Assembly: GCA_001643675.2 (NCBI GenBank)
Contig: LSRY02000011.1
Span: forward strand, 1,302,001-1,366,000
DNA: 64,000 bases
Source of the DNA: Monocercomonoides exilis PA203
Lineage: Eukaryota > Protista > Preaxostyla
Reading direction: 5' to 3'
The notes beneath the pieces were generated by a model. It was not told the DNA's origin. It worked only from the letters and a program-made list of their open reading frames with translations, and made no database searches. This document shows positions 1 through 12,129 of this stretch, in pieces (positions within the stretch are counted from its first letter, which is position 1; each line of letters opens with the position of its first letter). The position numbers were made by a program, and so were the translations under genes.

Positions 1-2
1 CT

Positions 3-3000
3 ATTGTTTCTCCTCCAATCGTCACACAACCTTCTCCTCCACAAGGCATTTCTGATGAAACAGCTGCCTCAACCACAGCTTCCACTGCTTCTGCAACCGA
101 CCGCTCCCCAACCTCACATTCAGTTCACACTGTGTCCTCTGCCGCTTCTGCTTCTTCTGGCTCTGTTTATTCCCCCGTCTCTGCTAATTCCGCCTCTTCT
201 ACTGCATTAGACTCACAAATGGGGTCACAAGTGAAATCTCTGAGTCCCACACTCACATCTTCTGCGATGTATCAGCTCACAACCCCTCCAACAGCTGTGT
301 TGAATGGCAGTGTAAGTTCAATGAAGCAGTCTCCATTGCTCAATTCCGGTGAAAAGCACAGTGAAGGAGAACAAGTGTTTGTGTCCACACTCAACTCGCT
401 CCCGTCAATCACTGCGTGGAACGTGCTGCCTTCGCCTGATGCAGATCTGTCTGCTCAGAAGGAAAACATCAATCAAAGAGAAAGTATCAACATCACTGGA
501 GGTATCAGCGGTATCAACAGTATCAGCAGCAGCAGCCATACTCTTCCACCACAGCCCAGCCAGTACATGAAGTATGCTCTCCAGACCCCCTCTGCCTCTC
601 CACTGCGCCCGTCTTCCTCTGGCTTCTCCACCACTGCCTCTTCTCGTGCCTCTCCCTCTCGTCTCTTCTCTGTAACTGACTCGTCTGAGCCAAACACCCC
701 TACCTCTGTCTCTATCCCTCCTTCATATGGTACAAAGCCTCCATCGCCCACTCCTCCATTCATGTTTGCTTCAATCAACGGCTCCCCGCCAGATGCACTG
801 GGCAGCAGTGGCAGCAGCAATAATAACAATAACAATAACAATAGCAGCAGTAATAGCATTAATAACATAAATGGCAATAGCACAACTTCACAGAGAAGCC
901 TCGTCCCTCCTGTGATGAAGTACATCATGGGCCTTAAAAGAATCCATTCAGACGCCTTTTCTGATGCGGGTAAGGCAAACAGCTCATCCAACCAGATAAG
1001 CCCATCAACGTATGCTATCCAGAGCCAGAACCAGAACCACAGCAAGACGTTTTCTAGTCTCTCGGGGCATCCAAGTCACATGTCAAATCCAGAGCTTCTG
1101 CATGTGCATGCGCTGAGTGATAAAGACAGTGACAAACAGCTTCAGCTCAACACTCTGAATGAAAACTCTCCTTCCCCCACGCCTTCCTCCACATCCCTCT
1201 CTTCCTCTTCCTTTGCTGGCATTGAGCAGTTCTCCGAAGCCAAAGAGCATCTTCCCCAGTCTGCCAAGCAGCCCCGCTCGCACTCAGTCGCACCTGGTTC
1301 CACACTCCCCACAATCCCCAGCGTCTCCTCAGGAGCCTTCCACAAATCGCAATCGTTTGCCATTTCTTCCCTGCGCTGCACAGATGACAGACACATCCGA
1401 CATCATCTGCATCGGTTTCTGAGGAAGCATCGCCTGGCTACATCGATGCTATCACGTGATCTGCTCACTGAGATCAATTCTTGTGGAATCATCCGCCCAA
1501 CACTCAATCCGGGGCCTCTCCATCTCTGCAGCCCTTCTGTGCTCCCTCCTCTGCACTCATCGTATGGCGGGCCTTTTTACTCGTTTGTGAAGAAGGAGAG
1601 GAAGAAGAGAGCAGAACTGAGGCAGAAGAAAGCGAAACAATTACACACACAAACTCCATCTTCTGTGGACAAATCCTCAAAAAATGCAGAAGAAGACAAT
1701 GTTCCGTGCAGCCAGTCGCCTACTGTGAAGATCGGGGACATCGTCACTGAAGGCACCGATCTCAATCAAATGGGCTTCGACTTCGATTCTTCTCCTCTTG
1801 TCAGCTCACCCGGTGAGCTGCTACGTTCAATCTCGCCTGTTTCCTCTTCTTCCCCGTCCCGCTGCTGCGCCACGCACCGCAGCTCTTTCTTCGATGAGAT
1901 GCTGGGAGAGTATGTGGGCATCCAGTACAAGTTGCAGCAGCAGAGCTATGTCCCTTATGTGCACCTGCCTCCCATCCGCTTATCAGCAGCCATCCATCCA
2001 ACAAAGGAGAACTTCCATTCCCCTTGGTCTGAGCTCTGCTCATATGATCCGCTTGCCCTTCCTTCGTCTGCTGCCTCTATTGCACATCTCACACGAAGAG
2101 ATCTGAATAGTTCAGCATCTTCAGGTTCCTTTGCTTCTTCTTCTTCGACTTCTTCTTCTTCCTCTTTGCCTTCGTCTTCGGCTGTTGTGCAGCCGTCTCC
2201 CTCTGCCAAATGGAATGCAAGCTCGCCTTTTGTGTCTCGTCCGTCTTGTTCAGGCACTGAGCAGCTGATCCCTGCAGAGCAATATCCAACCACTCCATAC
2301 AAAGGAAGAGGAGGAGGTCACAACACACTCACGTTAGACGATGATGATCAGCAGAAGCTGATGTCCCCTGCCTCTTCATTAGGAGCAAGTCTGCATCATT
2401 TGGGTGAAGCTACCCCCAGCACGTTTCCGTATGTGGTGATTGGCCAGCCGTCTGCCCAGCAGCTGAGAGCAGACTCGGCGCTGTCATTTTCGCAGCTGCT
2501 GCAGCAGGAAGATGAGAAGATAGCGACAGCACAGCAGTTGAATGGGCAGAGCAATCAACATAACCAGCACAACCAACACAATCAACATGGTCAGAATAGC
2601 ATAAGTAGCCAGAACAGCCAACAAAGCCACAATCAGAAGCAGTCGCACGAAGCCACTTTCCCTCTCATCCACCCGAAATACCATTCAAACACTCAGACTC
2701 CTTCAGCCCCTGCCCGTTCTGACATCACTCACACCACAGCCACTCCTCTTCCGCATCTTCATCTCAAAAGCCTGAGCATTTCTGATAAGCCTTCCACGCC
2801 TCTAACCAGCCCCCACAAGCCTATCCCTGTGCGCCCGCCTGCTCCTCTTCCTCTCCCAGTGAGCATTGCTGCTAATGGCCAGACACAGCAGATGCCTCCA
2901 CTACAACCTCTTCAACCTCTTCAGACTCTCCAACCTCTTCAGCCACTTCAATCTATGCAATCCATTCAATCCATTCCTCAATCACAGTCTGATCTCCCTT

Positions 3001-6000
3001 CATCTGTACATCCCCTGCCTCTTCCTGTTCTCGATTCCTCTGCTTCAGATGCATCAGTGATGGTGGTGCTGCCCAATGGCAAACAGGGAACATTCACTTC
3101 ACAGACACTTCAGCCATCGCCTCTTCCTCTCCTCTCTTCCATTTCATTGGCTTTGTCTCCTTCTTCTACTAATACACCATCTTCCTCATCTGCCTCAAAT
3201 AATCAGGCTAATGCCACACAAGACACTGCAAATGCAAGTAGTTTGCCTGATTCTTCCTCATCTTCTTCATCTTCCACTTCTTCTGGACCATCTTCGTCTG
3301 CTACTGCAACATCAACTGCAAAAACAACTGTTGCATCGCCTTCCTCTTCCACTTCCTCCTCTGCTTCTTCTTCAACACCTTCCACTTCAACTGAATCTAA
3401 TCAGAATGTTGTATCATCATCATCATCATCACCTTCTTCTTCTTCTTCTTCTTCTGCCAATAACCACTCTGCCCTGCCCTCTCAACCGAGGCCTGGCTCT
3501 GTGGAATCAATGAGTTCTGTATGCTCCTCTACCTCTTCTGCTTCATCATCTTCTTCTTCCTCTTCTTCCTCTCCTCCTGTTTCTTCATCTGCTTCTTCTT
3601 CTTCTGTTTCTGCAGCAGGCACGCCAACACCTTCAAGTGAACCTGTGATGTCTGCCTCACGTTCCTCTTCTGTTAAACAACTGCCTCCTTCAACATCTTC
3701 TTCCTCTTCTTCTTCTCAACCAAATCAAACAACTCAGCAGAATGCACAATCAAGTTCGGCTTCACCTTCATCATCATCTTCTTCTTCTTCTCCCACTTCT
3801 TCTAATACTAACACTAAAACTGCTTCTGCTTCTGTTTCTTCTTCTCCATCAACTGCAGCAGCTTCGACATCTGCTTCTTCTTCCTCCTCTTCTTCCTCTT
3901 CTTCTTCTTCTCAAACTCCAACTTCAACATTGCATGTGCCAAGAGGTAAAAAGCTCTTGCGTTCCATTGCCACACAAACACTTCCTGTTCAAATTCTTCC
4001 TGTCTCTTCATCATCATCATCTTCTTCTTCTTCTTCTTCCTCCTCCTCCTCCTCCTCCTCTTTTCCTTCCTCTTCCATTTCTCCTTCCTCTCTCCCGCAA
4101 AACCCAAACTCCACTCCAATCATCGACGGATCCTGCTCCCCCGCCACATTGTCCTCTTGTTCCTCCCCCATCCCTCCTCCTTTGTTTCCCTTGTTCAACC
4201 CTTCCACTTCTCAGCCATTGCGTTCATCACTCCTCACACTCATCGAGCACTTCAGCACATCTGACGTCACTCAGCTGCAAGAACTGACATCGCAGGTGAT
4301 GGGACAGCTGTGGGACCGCTTTGAGCAGCTGATCAGGGCTATCTTGAACTTCTTTGTGTGCCAATTCGACGAAGAGCAGATGAAGCGCAGTTTGAGTGCG
4401 AATGTGAGCTCGTTGAAAGCGGATGGCAGTGGAGGGTTGCATTCAGCTGTGGGAGGAGGAGGAGGAGGAATAGGAGGAATAGGAGGTATGGGTGGAATGG
4501 GAATGTATTCATCGCTTGGCACTGGACTGGGCTCGGGGATGGGGTCGTATGGATATCCGCTCTCTGGCAGTGGTTCAGTCGCTGGGGCAGGCATCGGTGT
4601 TGGTGTTGGAATAGGCACTGGACTGGGCATTGGCATTGGGTCAGGCATTAGCAGTGGTGCTGGTTTTGGTGCTCTGTCAGGTTCTTCGATGTCATCCCCA
4701 ATGGGAGGTGGGATGGGCCTCTCCCACTCAGCTCTGCCTATTTCTGCGCACTCTTCCTTCACCCCTATCCAATCTGCCTCGTCCTCTTTGTCTTCTCTCT
4801 CTCGTTCTTCTTCTCCTTCCCCTTTCCTGCAGCACAGCTCAGCCTCGCTGTATTCTTCCGCCAGCAGCCAATCGGCGTCGGGTGAAGGGCAGCTGAGCAG
4901 CTCGCAGAGGAGAAGCATATTGGAGCAGCTGACACTGGACATCATTGTGCAGTTGAAGGAGGTGCTGCATCAGAACGAGGATAGGATGATGAATGCGCTG
5001 TCGACGGTGTTTGCAGAGAAGGAAGGGGAGCATCACACAGCAGCACAAGTACAACAGCAACAGCAGCAGCAGCAGCAGATGTTGATGCAACAACAACAAC
5101 AGATGATGCAGCAGCAACAGCAACAGCAACAACAGAGCCAGCAGATGGGGATGATGACAACGACGGTGGGAGCGCAAGGAGGAGCAGGATCTACTGGGGG
5201 AAGATTACCTTCTTCCTCTTCTTCCTCCTCTTCCTCTTCCTACTCATCATCTTCATCTTCATCCTCATCAAGACCCAAAACCAGCACAACCCCATCTCCA
5301 CAAGTCCAGTCATCAAAGCAGACAACCTCAGAGTCCAAGAAGATGTCTCCAGCGATCAAACAGACGCTTTCACGCACAAACACACAGAACTCAACCATTT
5401 CGACTGCTTCAAGCGTGTCTCCGCCTTCTCCTTCTCCTTCTCTTGCCAGTCAGTCTGCTGCTGCTGCTTCATCTGCATCTGTCAGTGCTCGTGAGAATGC
5501 GAATATTCCGACGCCGTCGTCATCACCTTCTTCAATGATTAATCCGAATGTGTCTTCTTCTTCTTCTTCTTCTGCTTCCTCCTCCTCTTCCTCTTCTCTA
5601 TCTGAAAGTGGTGAGCCCATCAATGCCACCAGCAAATCGCAGTTAAGTCCAAATAAACTGAGTACAAATGAAACATTAAAGAAGACGAAATCTGCTGAAA
5701 ATGTAGTCAAAACAGAACAAGGCAGTACAGAAAAGGCTTCCTCTTCTTCTGCTGCTGCTGCTTCTTCTTCTTCAAAAGTTGAGAATAAGAACAAACAACC
5801 AGATGCACGTAATTCAAAGATAGAGAATGCAAACTCTTCAGCTATCGCTTCTTCTTCTCCTTCTTCGTCCCCCTCGTCTTCTCCTTCGTCTTCAGTTTCC
5901 GCCATTTCCTCTTATTTTGCTTCTTCTGCTGAACCATCACCCAAAGCAGCACCAAAGAAAGTTATTTCCTCTCCATCTTTTTCCCCTGCATCTGCATCTG

Positions 6001-7409
6001 CAACTGAAAAGCGTCCTGATTCTTCCTCTTCCTCTTCTTCTTCTTCTGGTTCTGCCTCTTCTCTTTCTTCTTCTTCTTCTTCTTCTGCATCCAAGCAACC
6101 TTCACTGACTGCACGTAACAAGACTTCAGCTCTTTCATCAAATCCTCCATCAACATCATCCTTACTATCAACAGTTGCAACAGCGCCTCATTCACCCACC
6201 CAGTCCATGTCCACCCCTTCCTCTCCTTCTCCTTCCCCATCCCCATCTCCTACCTCTTCCCCCACCATCTTCCAAGACATGGCCCCTCTCATCGAAAAGC
6301 TCTTCGGCCCTGAGCAATCACGAACACTGCTCTCCTCTTCTGAGACAATCGACCTCCCCATCAAGGCCTCTCGTCCGCCTCTCATTCATTCTTCTTCTTT
6401 CCTCTCTAAAAACACTCGTTCTCTTCCTCCCACACCTTCAAATAACAGCCCGAACAACCGGCTTTCGGCGCTTTCGAAGGCGCAGTCGCCGTTGAATCCT
6501 TCGTCGCTTTCGCGTGCTTCTACTGCTTATGCTTCTACTTCTTCTTCTTTGTCTTTGTCACATACTTCTTCCTCCTCCTCTTCATCATCATCATCTTCTT
6601 CTTCTTCTGTTCCTTTTGATGCTTCTTCCTTCTTCTCTCCCACTCCATCTCCTTCTCTTTCATCCTCCTCGTCCAACCGAACTGATCCAATGACCCTCAC
6701 CCCCCACAGCAACAGTAATACTAACACCAACACTAACACTAATGCTTCTGCTAACACTAATAGCATTGCAATTCCTTCCACATCCTACACAACCAACGTC
6801 GCTCCAACCGCACAGCGGAGCATTTCTGCAGGCGGTGTGCGGTCTCTGTCATCTTCTTCTTCCAGCTCCTGTTCAAACTTTAGAGGAATGACACATTCGC
6901 CCAGGCATCACAGCAACAACCGTGCAGATGCACCTTTAGCGCCTTCTGCTCCTGCCGCACAGACGTTGTATTCTCCACTCATGAGCGCTGACAAATCATC
7001 AGTAGCACATTCAGGTGCTGGTATCACAGTACCTCGCCCAAGTTCTTCCATACTCAGCACGAAAAAACCGAACATGGCATCAACATTGCCTACGTTCTTT
7101 GCGCCTCCTTCTTCTACTTCTCCTTCTCCTTCTCCTTCTCTTTCCTCTCCTTCTCTTTCCTCTCCTTCTTCTTCCTCTTCTATCTCTTCCTCTTCTTCTT
7201 CTTCTTCTTCTTCTTCTTCTTCTTCTTCTTCCTCTGTATCTCCTTTACAAGTCCCCTCGGGTGCCAATCTGTCCCCTGAGATTTCGTACCCGACATCTTC
7301 CATTCCTGCCGAAAAGCAGCCATCGATCTTGTCAGAAACGCAGCTTCCGTTCTTTGTGGAACACGACAGAGGAGTGGCGCTCTCAAAGGAGAGTCACCCA
7401 GCCCTTTGA
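3..7409 (+). CDS. Very large Ser/Pro/Gln-rich low-complexity protein, 5' end lies outside the window; function unknown
   Basis: Frame of ORF 132..7409 stays open back to position 3 (IVSPPIVTQ...); over 2400 codons without a stop; polyS, polyQ, polyN and Gly-rich tracts; ends at TGA followed by AT-rich sequence; no domain recognised. Confidence 0.8.
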   Translation: MVSPPIVTQPSPPQGISDETAASTTASTASATDRSPTSHSVHTVSSAASASSGSVYSPVSANSASSTALDSQMGSQVKSLSPTLTSSAMYQLTTPPTAVLNGSVSSMKQSPLLNSGEKHSEGEQVFVSTLNSLPSITAWNVLPSPDADLSAQKENINQRESINITGGISGINSISSSSHTLPPQPSQYMKYALQTPSASPLRPSSSGFSTTASSRASPSRLFSVTDSSEPNTPTSVSIPPSYGTKPPSPTPPFMFASINGSPPDALGSSGSSNNNNNNNNSSSNSINNINGNSTTSQRSLVPPVMKYIMGLKRIHSDAFSDAGKANSSSNQISPSTYAIQSQNQNHSKTFSSLSGHPSHMSNPELLHVHALSDKDSDKQLQLNTLNENSPSPTPSSTSLSSSSFAGIEQFSEAKEHLPQSAKQPRSHSVAPGSTLPTIPSVSSGAFHKSQSFAISSLRCTDDRHIRHHLHRFLRKHRLATSMLSRDLLTEINSCGIIRPTLNPGPLHLCSPSVLPPLHSSYGGPFYSFVKKERKKRAELRQKKAKQLHTQTPSSVDKSSKNAEEDNVPCSQSPTVKIGDIVTEGTDLNQMGFDFDSSPLVSSPGELLRSISPVSSSSPSRCCATHRSSFFDEMLGEYVGIQYKLQQQSYVPYVHLPPIRLSAAIHPTKENFHSPWSELCSYDPLALPSSAASIAHLTRRDLNSSASSGSFASSSSTSSSSSLPSSSAVVQPSPSAKWNASSPFVSRPSCSGTEQLIPAEQYPTTPYKGRGGGHNTLTLDDDDQQKLMSPASSLGASLHHLGEATPSTFPYVVIGQPSAQQLRADSALSFSQLLQQEDEKIATAQQLNGQSNQHNQHNQHNQHGQNSISSQNSQQSHNQKQSHEATFPLIHPKYHSNTQTPSAPARSDITHTTATPLPHLHLKSLSISDKPSTPLTSPHKPIPVRPPAPLPLPVSIAANGQTQQMPPLQPLQPLQTLQPLQPLQSMQSIQSIPQSQSDLPSSVHPLPLPVLDSSASDASVMVVLPNGKQGTFTSQTLQPSPLPLLSSISLALSPSSTNTPSSSSASNNQANATQDTANASSLPDSSSSSSSSTSSGPSSSATATSTAKTTVASPSSSTSSSASSSTPSTSTESNQNVVSSSSSSPSSSSSSSANNHSALPSQPRPGSVESMSSVCSSTSSASSSSSSSSSSPPVSSSASSSSVSAAGTPTPSSEPVMSASRSSSVKQLPPSTSSSSSSSQPNQTTQQNAQSSSASPSSSSSSSSPTSSNTNTKTASASVSSSPSTAAASTSASSSSSSSSSSSSQTPTSTLHVPRGKKLLRSIATQTLPVQILPVSSSSSSSSSSSSSSSSSSSFPSSSISPSSLPQNPNSTPIIDGSCSPATLSSCSSPIPPPLFPLFNPSTSQPLRSSLLTLIEHFSTSDVTQLQELTSQVMGQLWDRFEQLIRAILNFFVCQFDEEQMKRSLSANVSSLKADGSGGLHSAVGGGGGGIGGIGGMGGMGMYSSLGTGLGSGMGSYGYPLSGSGSVAGAGIGVGVGIGTGLGIGIGSGISSGAGFGALSGSSMSSPMGGGMGLSHSALPISAHSSFTPIQSASSSLSSLSRSSSPSPFLQHSSASLYSSASSQSASGEGQLSSSQRRSILEQLTLDIIVQLKEVLHQNEDRMMNALSTVFAEKEGEHHTAAQVQQQQQQQQQMLMQQQQQMMQQQQQQQQQSQQMGMMTTTVGAQGGAGSTGGRLPSSSSSSSSSSYSSSSSSSSSRPKTSTTPSPQVQSSKQTTSESKKMSPAIKQTLSRTNTQNSTISTASSVSPPSPSPSLASQSAAAASSASVSARENANIPTPSSSPSSMINPNVSSSSSSSASSSSSSSLSESGEPINATSKSQLSPNKLSTNETLKKTKSAENVVKTEQGSTEKASSSSAAAASSSSKVENKNKQPDARNSKIENANSSAIASSSPSSSPSSSPSSSVSAISSYFASSAEPSPKAAPKKVISSPSFSPASASATEKRPDSSSSSSSSSGSASSLSSSSSSSASKQPSLTARNKTSALSSNPPSTSSLLSTVATAPHSPTQSMSTPSSPSPSPSPSPTSSPTIFQDMAPLIEKLFGPEQSRTLLSSSETIDLPIKASRPPLIHSSSFLSKNTRSLPPTPSNNSPNNRLSALSKAQSPLNPSSLSRASTAYASTSSSLSLSHTSSSSSSSSSSSSSSVPFDASSFFSPTPSPSLSSSSSNRTDPMTLTPHSNSNTNTNTNTNASANTNSIAIPSTSYTTNVAPTAQRSISAGGVRSLSSSSSSSCSNFRGMTHSPRHHSNNRADAPLAPSAPAAQTLYSPLMSADKSSVAHSGAGITVPRPSSSILSTKKPNMASTLPTFFAPPSSTSPSPSPSLSSPSLSSPSSSSSISSSSSSSSSSSSSSSSSVSPLQVPSGANLSPEISYPTSSIPAEKQPSILSETQLPFFVEHDRGVALSKESHPAL

Positions 7410-7712
7410 AGTTGGCAAAGGGGAAGCAAAGCATTTCTTTATGAGAATAACTTTATGTTATAGTCGTGTGTATTTTTTCTTGTACTTTGCTTTTTGTTAA
7501 TATTCTTTTTCAGTTATGTTCCATGTTTACGTTCAGTTTGAAACTTCTTTCCTGAAAATGATTAATGTTATGTTGACTCGTTTTAATTTTAAATCAAATG
7601 TTCAATAAATTTTTCATACTAGCTTAAAAAATAAGCAGTAGAGGAACAATTTGAAATCAGCTAAAATTAAATAACTAATAGCACATTTTTTTCAAAACAA
7701 AAATGAAAAGAT

Positions 7713-8556
7713 CTATAAATTACTGATAGAAAAACAATACAAAATAAATGCCAAAATAAAAATAAAAAAGACAAAAGAAAGAAGGTTTGTAAAAACTTCT
7801 AAGCAATGAACGTCAAAGGTTTGATTGGTTTGGAATCTATGTGGCAAATCTTGATACTCACCTTCACCTTCATCTTGTTCGAAATACCTCGGAAAATGTG
7901 ATTCACCATGGTGCCTCCCTATTTCGTCAAACACTGGGAAAGATGAAAATCTATCAAAAACATTGGTGTGTGAAGGTAATCTGTTGTATGGCAATGTTGG
8001 TGGATTCAGTGAAGGTCCAACTCCAAATTGATTTGATTGTGAATCTGATAATGCGTTAAAATTCTGAATAGTATGAGGTTGTTGGGTGTAAGCCTGTAAT
8101 AATGGTGTCATAACGCCTTGCATGGTTGGTTGTGATGGAGAACTTTGTTTGTCACTTTTTTATTGTATATACATTGAAATAAATAATTGCAACAAAGAAT
8201 GCTTCCACAAAATATTTGTGCAAACATCAAATGTTTATGTACTTTTCCTTTAACATGAATTGGTACTATTTCGTTAATATTACATGAAGCATTGCATAAA
8301 GGGCAAGTTTTTCTATTTTCCAACCACTAAAAAAAGAAGAAGAAAATACAATATTTTCATGTTAATAATACAGAAGAAATATTATAAGCAATAAAATGAA
8401 TACCTCCATCAAGCAGTTCCAGCAATAAAGATGGCCACATTGAGTTAAAACAGGATCGGAAGGAACATCAAAGCAAATGATGCATTTAAATGAACAATTG
8501 TTTCTTTCGGTTTTATCATCATTCTTAAATGTGTTACCAGTCAAATTACTGTTCAT
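7713..8556 (-). CDS. RING-HC E3 ubiquitin ligase, RNF5/RNF185/RMA1-like, with C-terminal TM anchor (spliced)
   Basis: CIICFDVPSDPVLTQCGHLYCWNCLME / GT-AG intron 8403-8327 / WLENRKTCPLCNASCNINEIVPI; probable second intron near 8240-8155; hydrophobic C-terminus LLSFVFFIFILAFILYCF. Confidence 0.8.
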
Positions 8557-8746
8557 TCTACATTAAATACTTTTTAAATACGTGAAAAACTTTCTTTCAA
8601 AGCAAATGGCTCTTCATAAAAATTTCCTGTCACCCATTTTAGTTGAAGTTGTCTATCTTTTTTTATTATGTATATCATCACTTTTTATTTCTAACAGACT
8701 CATGAAAAAAAATATAAATAATCGAATTTTTTGATCAATTCGATCA

Positions 8747-11233
8747 ATGCATAATGCTGTTAAAATGGAAAGAGGTTTAGATTCTGAGCACCCAATTCTT
8801 TTAGAAGATGGTTTGTTTAATTTTATTTCTTTCATCTATAATAACAAATTTATAGAAGGTGAAGAAGACAGCTCACATCCTTTATCAAAAGTGAAGCTAT
8901 CTTCTAAAAAGAAATCTGAACTTAAAAAAGTGGAAAAGAAACGCGAGTCAACCCCTAAAAAAACTAAAAAGGAGAAAAAATTGAAAATTATAATGCCTGA
9001 TACAAAACCCACAAAAGTTGTTTGAACTCTTTATTTCTTTTTTTCAATTCTAAGAATCATGATGTAAATATTTTCTGGAAATATAAAGGTCAATAAGCCA
9101 TTGGAATTTCATCCATCTCTTCCTCAACAAAAACCACAAAATCAAATAGTTTCCCAGAACAAAACAATTCCAACTCAGAAAAAGAAACATATTCACAAGC
9201 AAAAGCAATCACCAATGCCACTTCCTGATCCAAGGAAAATTTCATTGAGAAATTTTATAAATTTATTGAATGAAGCTTTAGAGCTAAGCATTGAAGATGC
9301 TATAAAAGAAGGCGATGAAGAAATAGAGAAGCATGGCGAAGCTTCTGAACAAATTGGAGTGACATTATTTAAACTTCGTTCGTTTCGTTTTTCCAACGTA
9401 AAATCTTCGTTAGAACAACACAGCGCGCCTGAAACCCGTCCTTTGGATTCTTTTTTGCCACAGGCTTCGCCAATCATATTGAAACTGGCGAAATCATTGG
9501 AAGACGCATTGCATTCGAACTACGGGCTTCCAACGGACGAAAGATACAAGTCTCAGTATCGCGCTCTTCGCTTCAATATGTGTGACAAAAAGAACACTGG
9601 ATTTAGGAGATCTGTCCTTCTTGGGACAATCCACCCCGATGAAGCGGCAAAAATGTCTTCGTTTGATATGGCATCTGCTGAAAAGAATGAGGAAAGAAAG
9701 AGGTTGGAATCACAAGCAATAAAAATGGTGGTTTTGGGGAAAGAAGACGATGCGGGTGGAATTGTTGGGCTGAAGGCGAAAATTGCGCTTGGAGGCCAAG
9801 CTGAATTGAAAGAAGAAGAAAGACTGAAGGAGATGATGAACGAAGATACACAATCTGAACACCCATCAGATGTCAAACAAACTTCATCAACAGCTATTGC
9901 ACCATCTGCTTCTGCTTCTGCTTCTGCTTCCTCTTCCTCTTCCTCGGCTTCTGCCTCTGCCTCTGCCTCTGTCTCTGCAAATCCGCAAAAGCCTGGTTCT
10001 GTTTCAAAAGAGCCCGGAAAGCTGCAAAATGTGAGTGCTCTGATGGTTCATGCCCCTCACTCGTTTCCGTTGACTGAGTCTGTCCAGTCGCCCTTTGAAG
10101 GCTTCAGCGTGCTTTCTCTTCTGCAGTCGTCGTCGCAGCAGGACTCTTCTCTTCCTGCCTCTCTTTTCTCGTCTCCTGTGCTCTCTTCAGCCAAAGCAGC
10201 TGTCCCGCTGGCTGAGCTTGCTGCATTGCCGGCACACCGCTCGGGGGTCTCAGACAAACAATTCGATGTTTCTGCCCAGCAGAAAAGAGCTGAGACAAAA
10301 ATGGCTCAATCAAATGAGAAAAAGGAAAGTGTGATTGACTTGACAGCTCCTGAGGATCCAGCATCGTCAATTGATTCTTCATCCTCTTTGTCTTCTTCTG
10401 CTGCTACTTCTGCTTCAATGTCTTCTTTGACTTCTGCATCTTCTTCAACTTCTTCAACTTCTTCAGCTTCTTCAGCTTCTGTGTCATTGTCAATACCATC
10501 ATCTTCTCCATTATCTTCTTCTTCTTCCTCCTCCTCCTCCTCTCAACCCAAACATCCTGATTCTTCAACCTTAGCATCATCATCATCATCTATCCAATCA
10601 CCTCACATATTCCACATTTCACAATACTCTGAAACCTCAATTCAAACCATGCCACCATCGCTGTTCTGTCAGTCTTCGCTTATTCTTCAGCCTCTCTCTC
10701 CAATTCCTGTCTCGTTAGCTCTTATGTTTGGAAGGCCGCTCCACGATTACATTCCACAATCTCTTCATTTAAAGGCATATTCAAACAAAGATGCGTTTTG
10801 CTCGACTCTGCAATCGTTTTTCACGAAATGGGAAGGTTCTGGTATTTCGAAAGCAAAAGAAGATATTTCCATTCAGTCTAGCAATTCAAAGCTTCCTCAA
10901 CAGCCTAAAACTCCTAACGGTTGTTCAATTTATGTTATTTTTTCTCAAAACAAAGAAGAAACCACAATTATAAAGGCGCTGAGTTCGTTTTTCGCTCAAC
11001 ATCAAAAGCTTGGTGCAACTGTTCTATCTCTGCCATCTAATTCCCAATTACAATCTAGCAATGATTCTCCTACAATTTTGCGTTCTTCGCTTACAATGTA
11101 CATTGTTCCTTCATTTTTATTTTCATCGTTGCCAAAAACTGTATGTCAAGCAATTGAAAAGACTAAATTAATTTTAAAATTGAGTGATTCTGATTCTTTT
11201 CTAATTGCTGTTATATTTTCAGTTTCTGAATGA
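8747..11233 (+). CDS. TFIIS central-domain (TFIIS_M) protein, PHF3/DIDO/Bye1-like, possible C-terminal SPOC-like region; 5' exons spliced
   Basis: LAKSLEDALHSNYG...RYKSQYRALRFNMCDKKNTGFRRSVLLGTIHPDEAAKMSSFDMAS matches TFIIS domain II; Lys-rich 5' exons at 8747-9020; exact splice structure inferred. Confidence 0.75.
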
Positions 11234-11413
11234 TTTATCAGAAATATTACTTTTTACAAATTAAGACGTTATGTTTTACGTTATTGTTGATGTTGAAAAC
11301 AAAAAAATAAGAAATTTAAAAAGATCTTTCGCAACAAATTTTTCCAAACATCAAAGTTTAATTAATAATTTTCATTAAATTCATTTACTGATTTAATAAT
11401 CATTCAAAAAATA

Positions 11414-11498
11414 TGCAAGCAGTGGGATTCGAACCCACGCACCCATACGAGTAGTAGATCTTGAGTCTACCGCCTTGGACCAGCTCGGCCATGCTTGC
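11414..11498 (-). tRNA. tRNA-Leu(CAA)
   Basis: Reverse complement GCAAGCATGGCCGAGCTGGTCCAAGGCGGTAGACTCAAGATCTAC...GGGTTCGAATCCCACTGCTTGCA: paired acceptor stem, anticodon loop CTCAAGA, long variable arm, TTCGA T-loop. Confidence 0.95.
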
Positions 11499-11734
11499 TT
11501 GTGAAAAAACCACTTTTGCAACTCGCAATTAAACATTTATTAATCGGAAGTATTCAACATTATTAATTTGTGAATATATAATTAGAAAAATTAGATGTGA
11601 TTGATATTCATTTATTCAACTGTTCATGGTTGATTCACACTTATATGAAAAATAATGTGGCTCAACATTTGAACCAGAACAAAATTCACAATTGTTAGAA
11701 GTTGACATTGGATAATTATTTCAGTTTGCGCAAA

Positions 11735-12115
11735 AAATACGGGACATCGCAAAAAATACCTGACAAGATCGATTTCTCAACAACCGCAAGAGGAATTATT
11801 CTGACAGTTTTCCTCAAAATACATTTCATTAATGCAAACTCATTTGATAAACAAGACTTACAAAACTTCCTCGTTTGTGCTCAGATAAAATAAATATCGA
11901 TATCTCGGCGAAACTCAAAATCCTATTTCTCCGAAATTTTAAATAATAAATCTTTCTATATTCAGTCTTCATGAAAATGGAAGTTTGATATGCCAAATAA
12001 GTTTGTGTTTATGAGATGTATTTTGAGGAAAATTGTCAGAATTTTTACTCTTGCAGTTTTTGTGAAATCGATCTTTTCCGGTATTTTGTGCGATGTCTGG
12101 TGTTTTTTGCCCAAA
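11735..12115. repeat. Diverged foldback (palindromic) MITE, same family as 51367-51766
   Basis: AAAATACGGGACATCGCAAAAAATAC...ACAAGATCG at left and inverted CGATCTT...GTATTTTGTGCGATGTC at right; centre TCTCGG...TCTCCGA as in the 51.4-kb copy. Confidence 0.7.
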
Positions 12116-12129
12116 CTGTTTAATTAATA

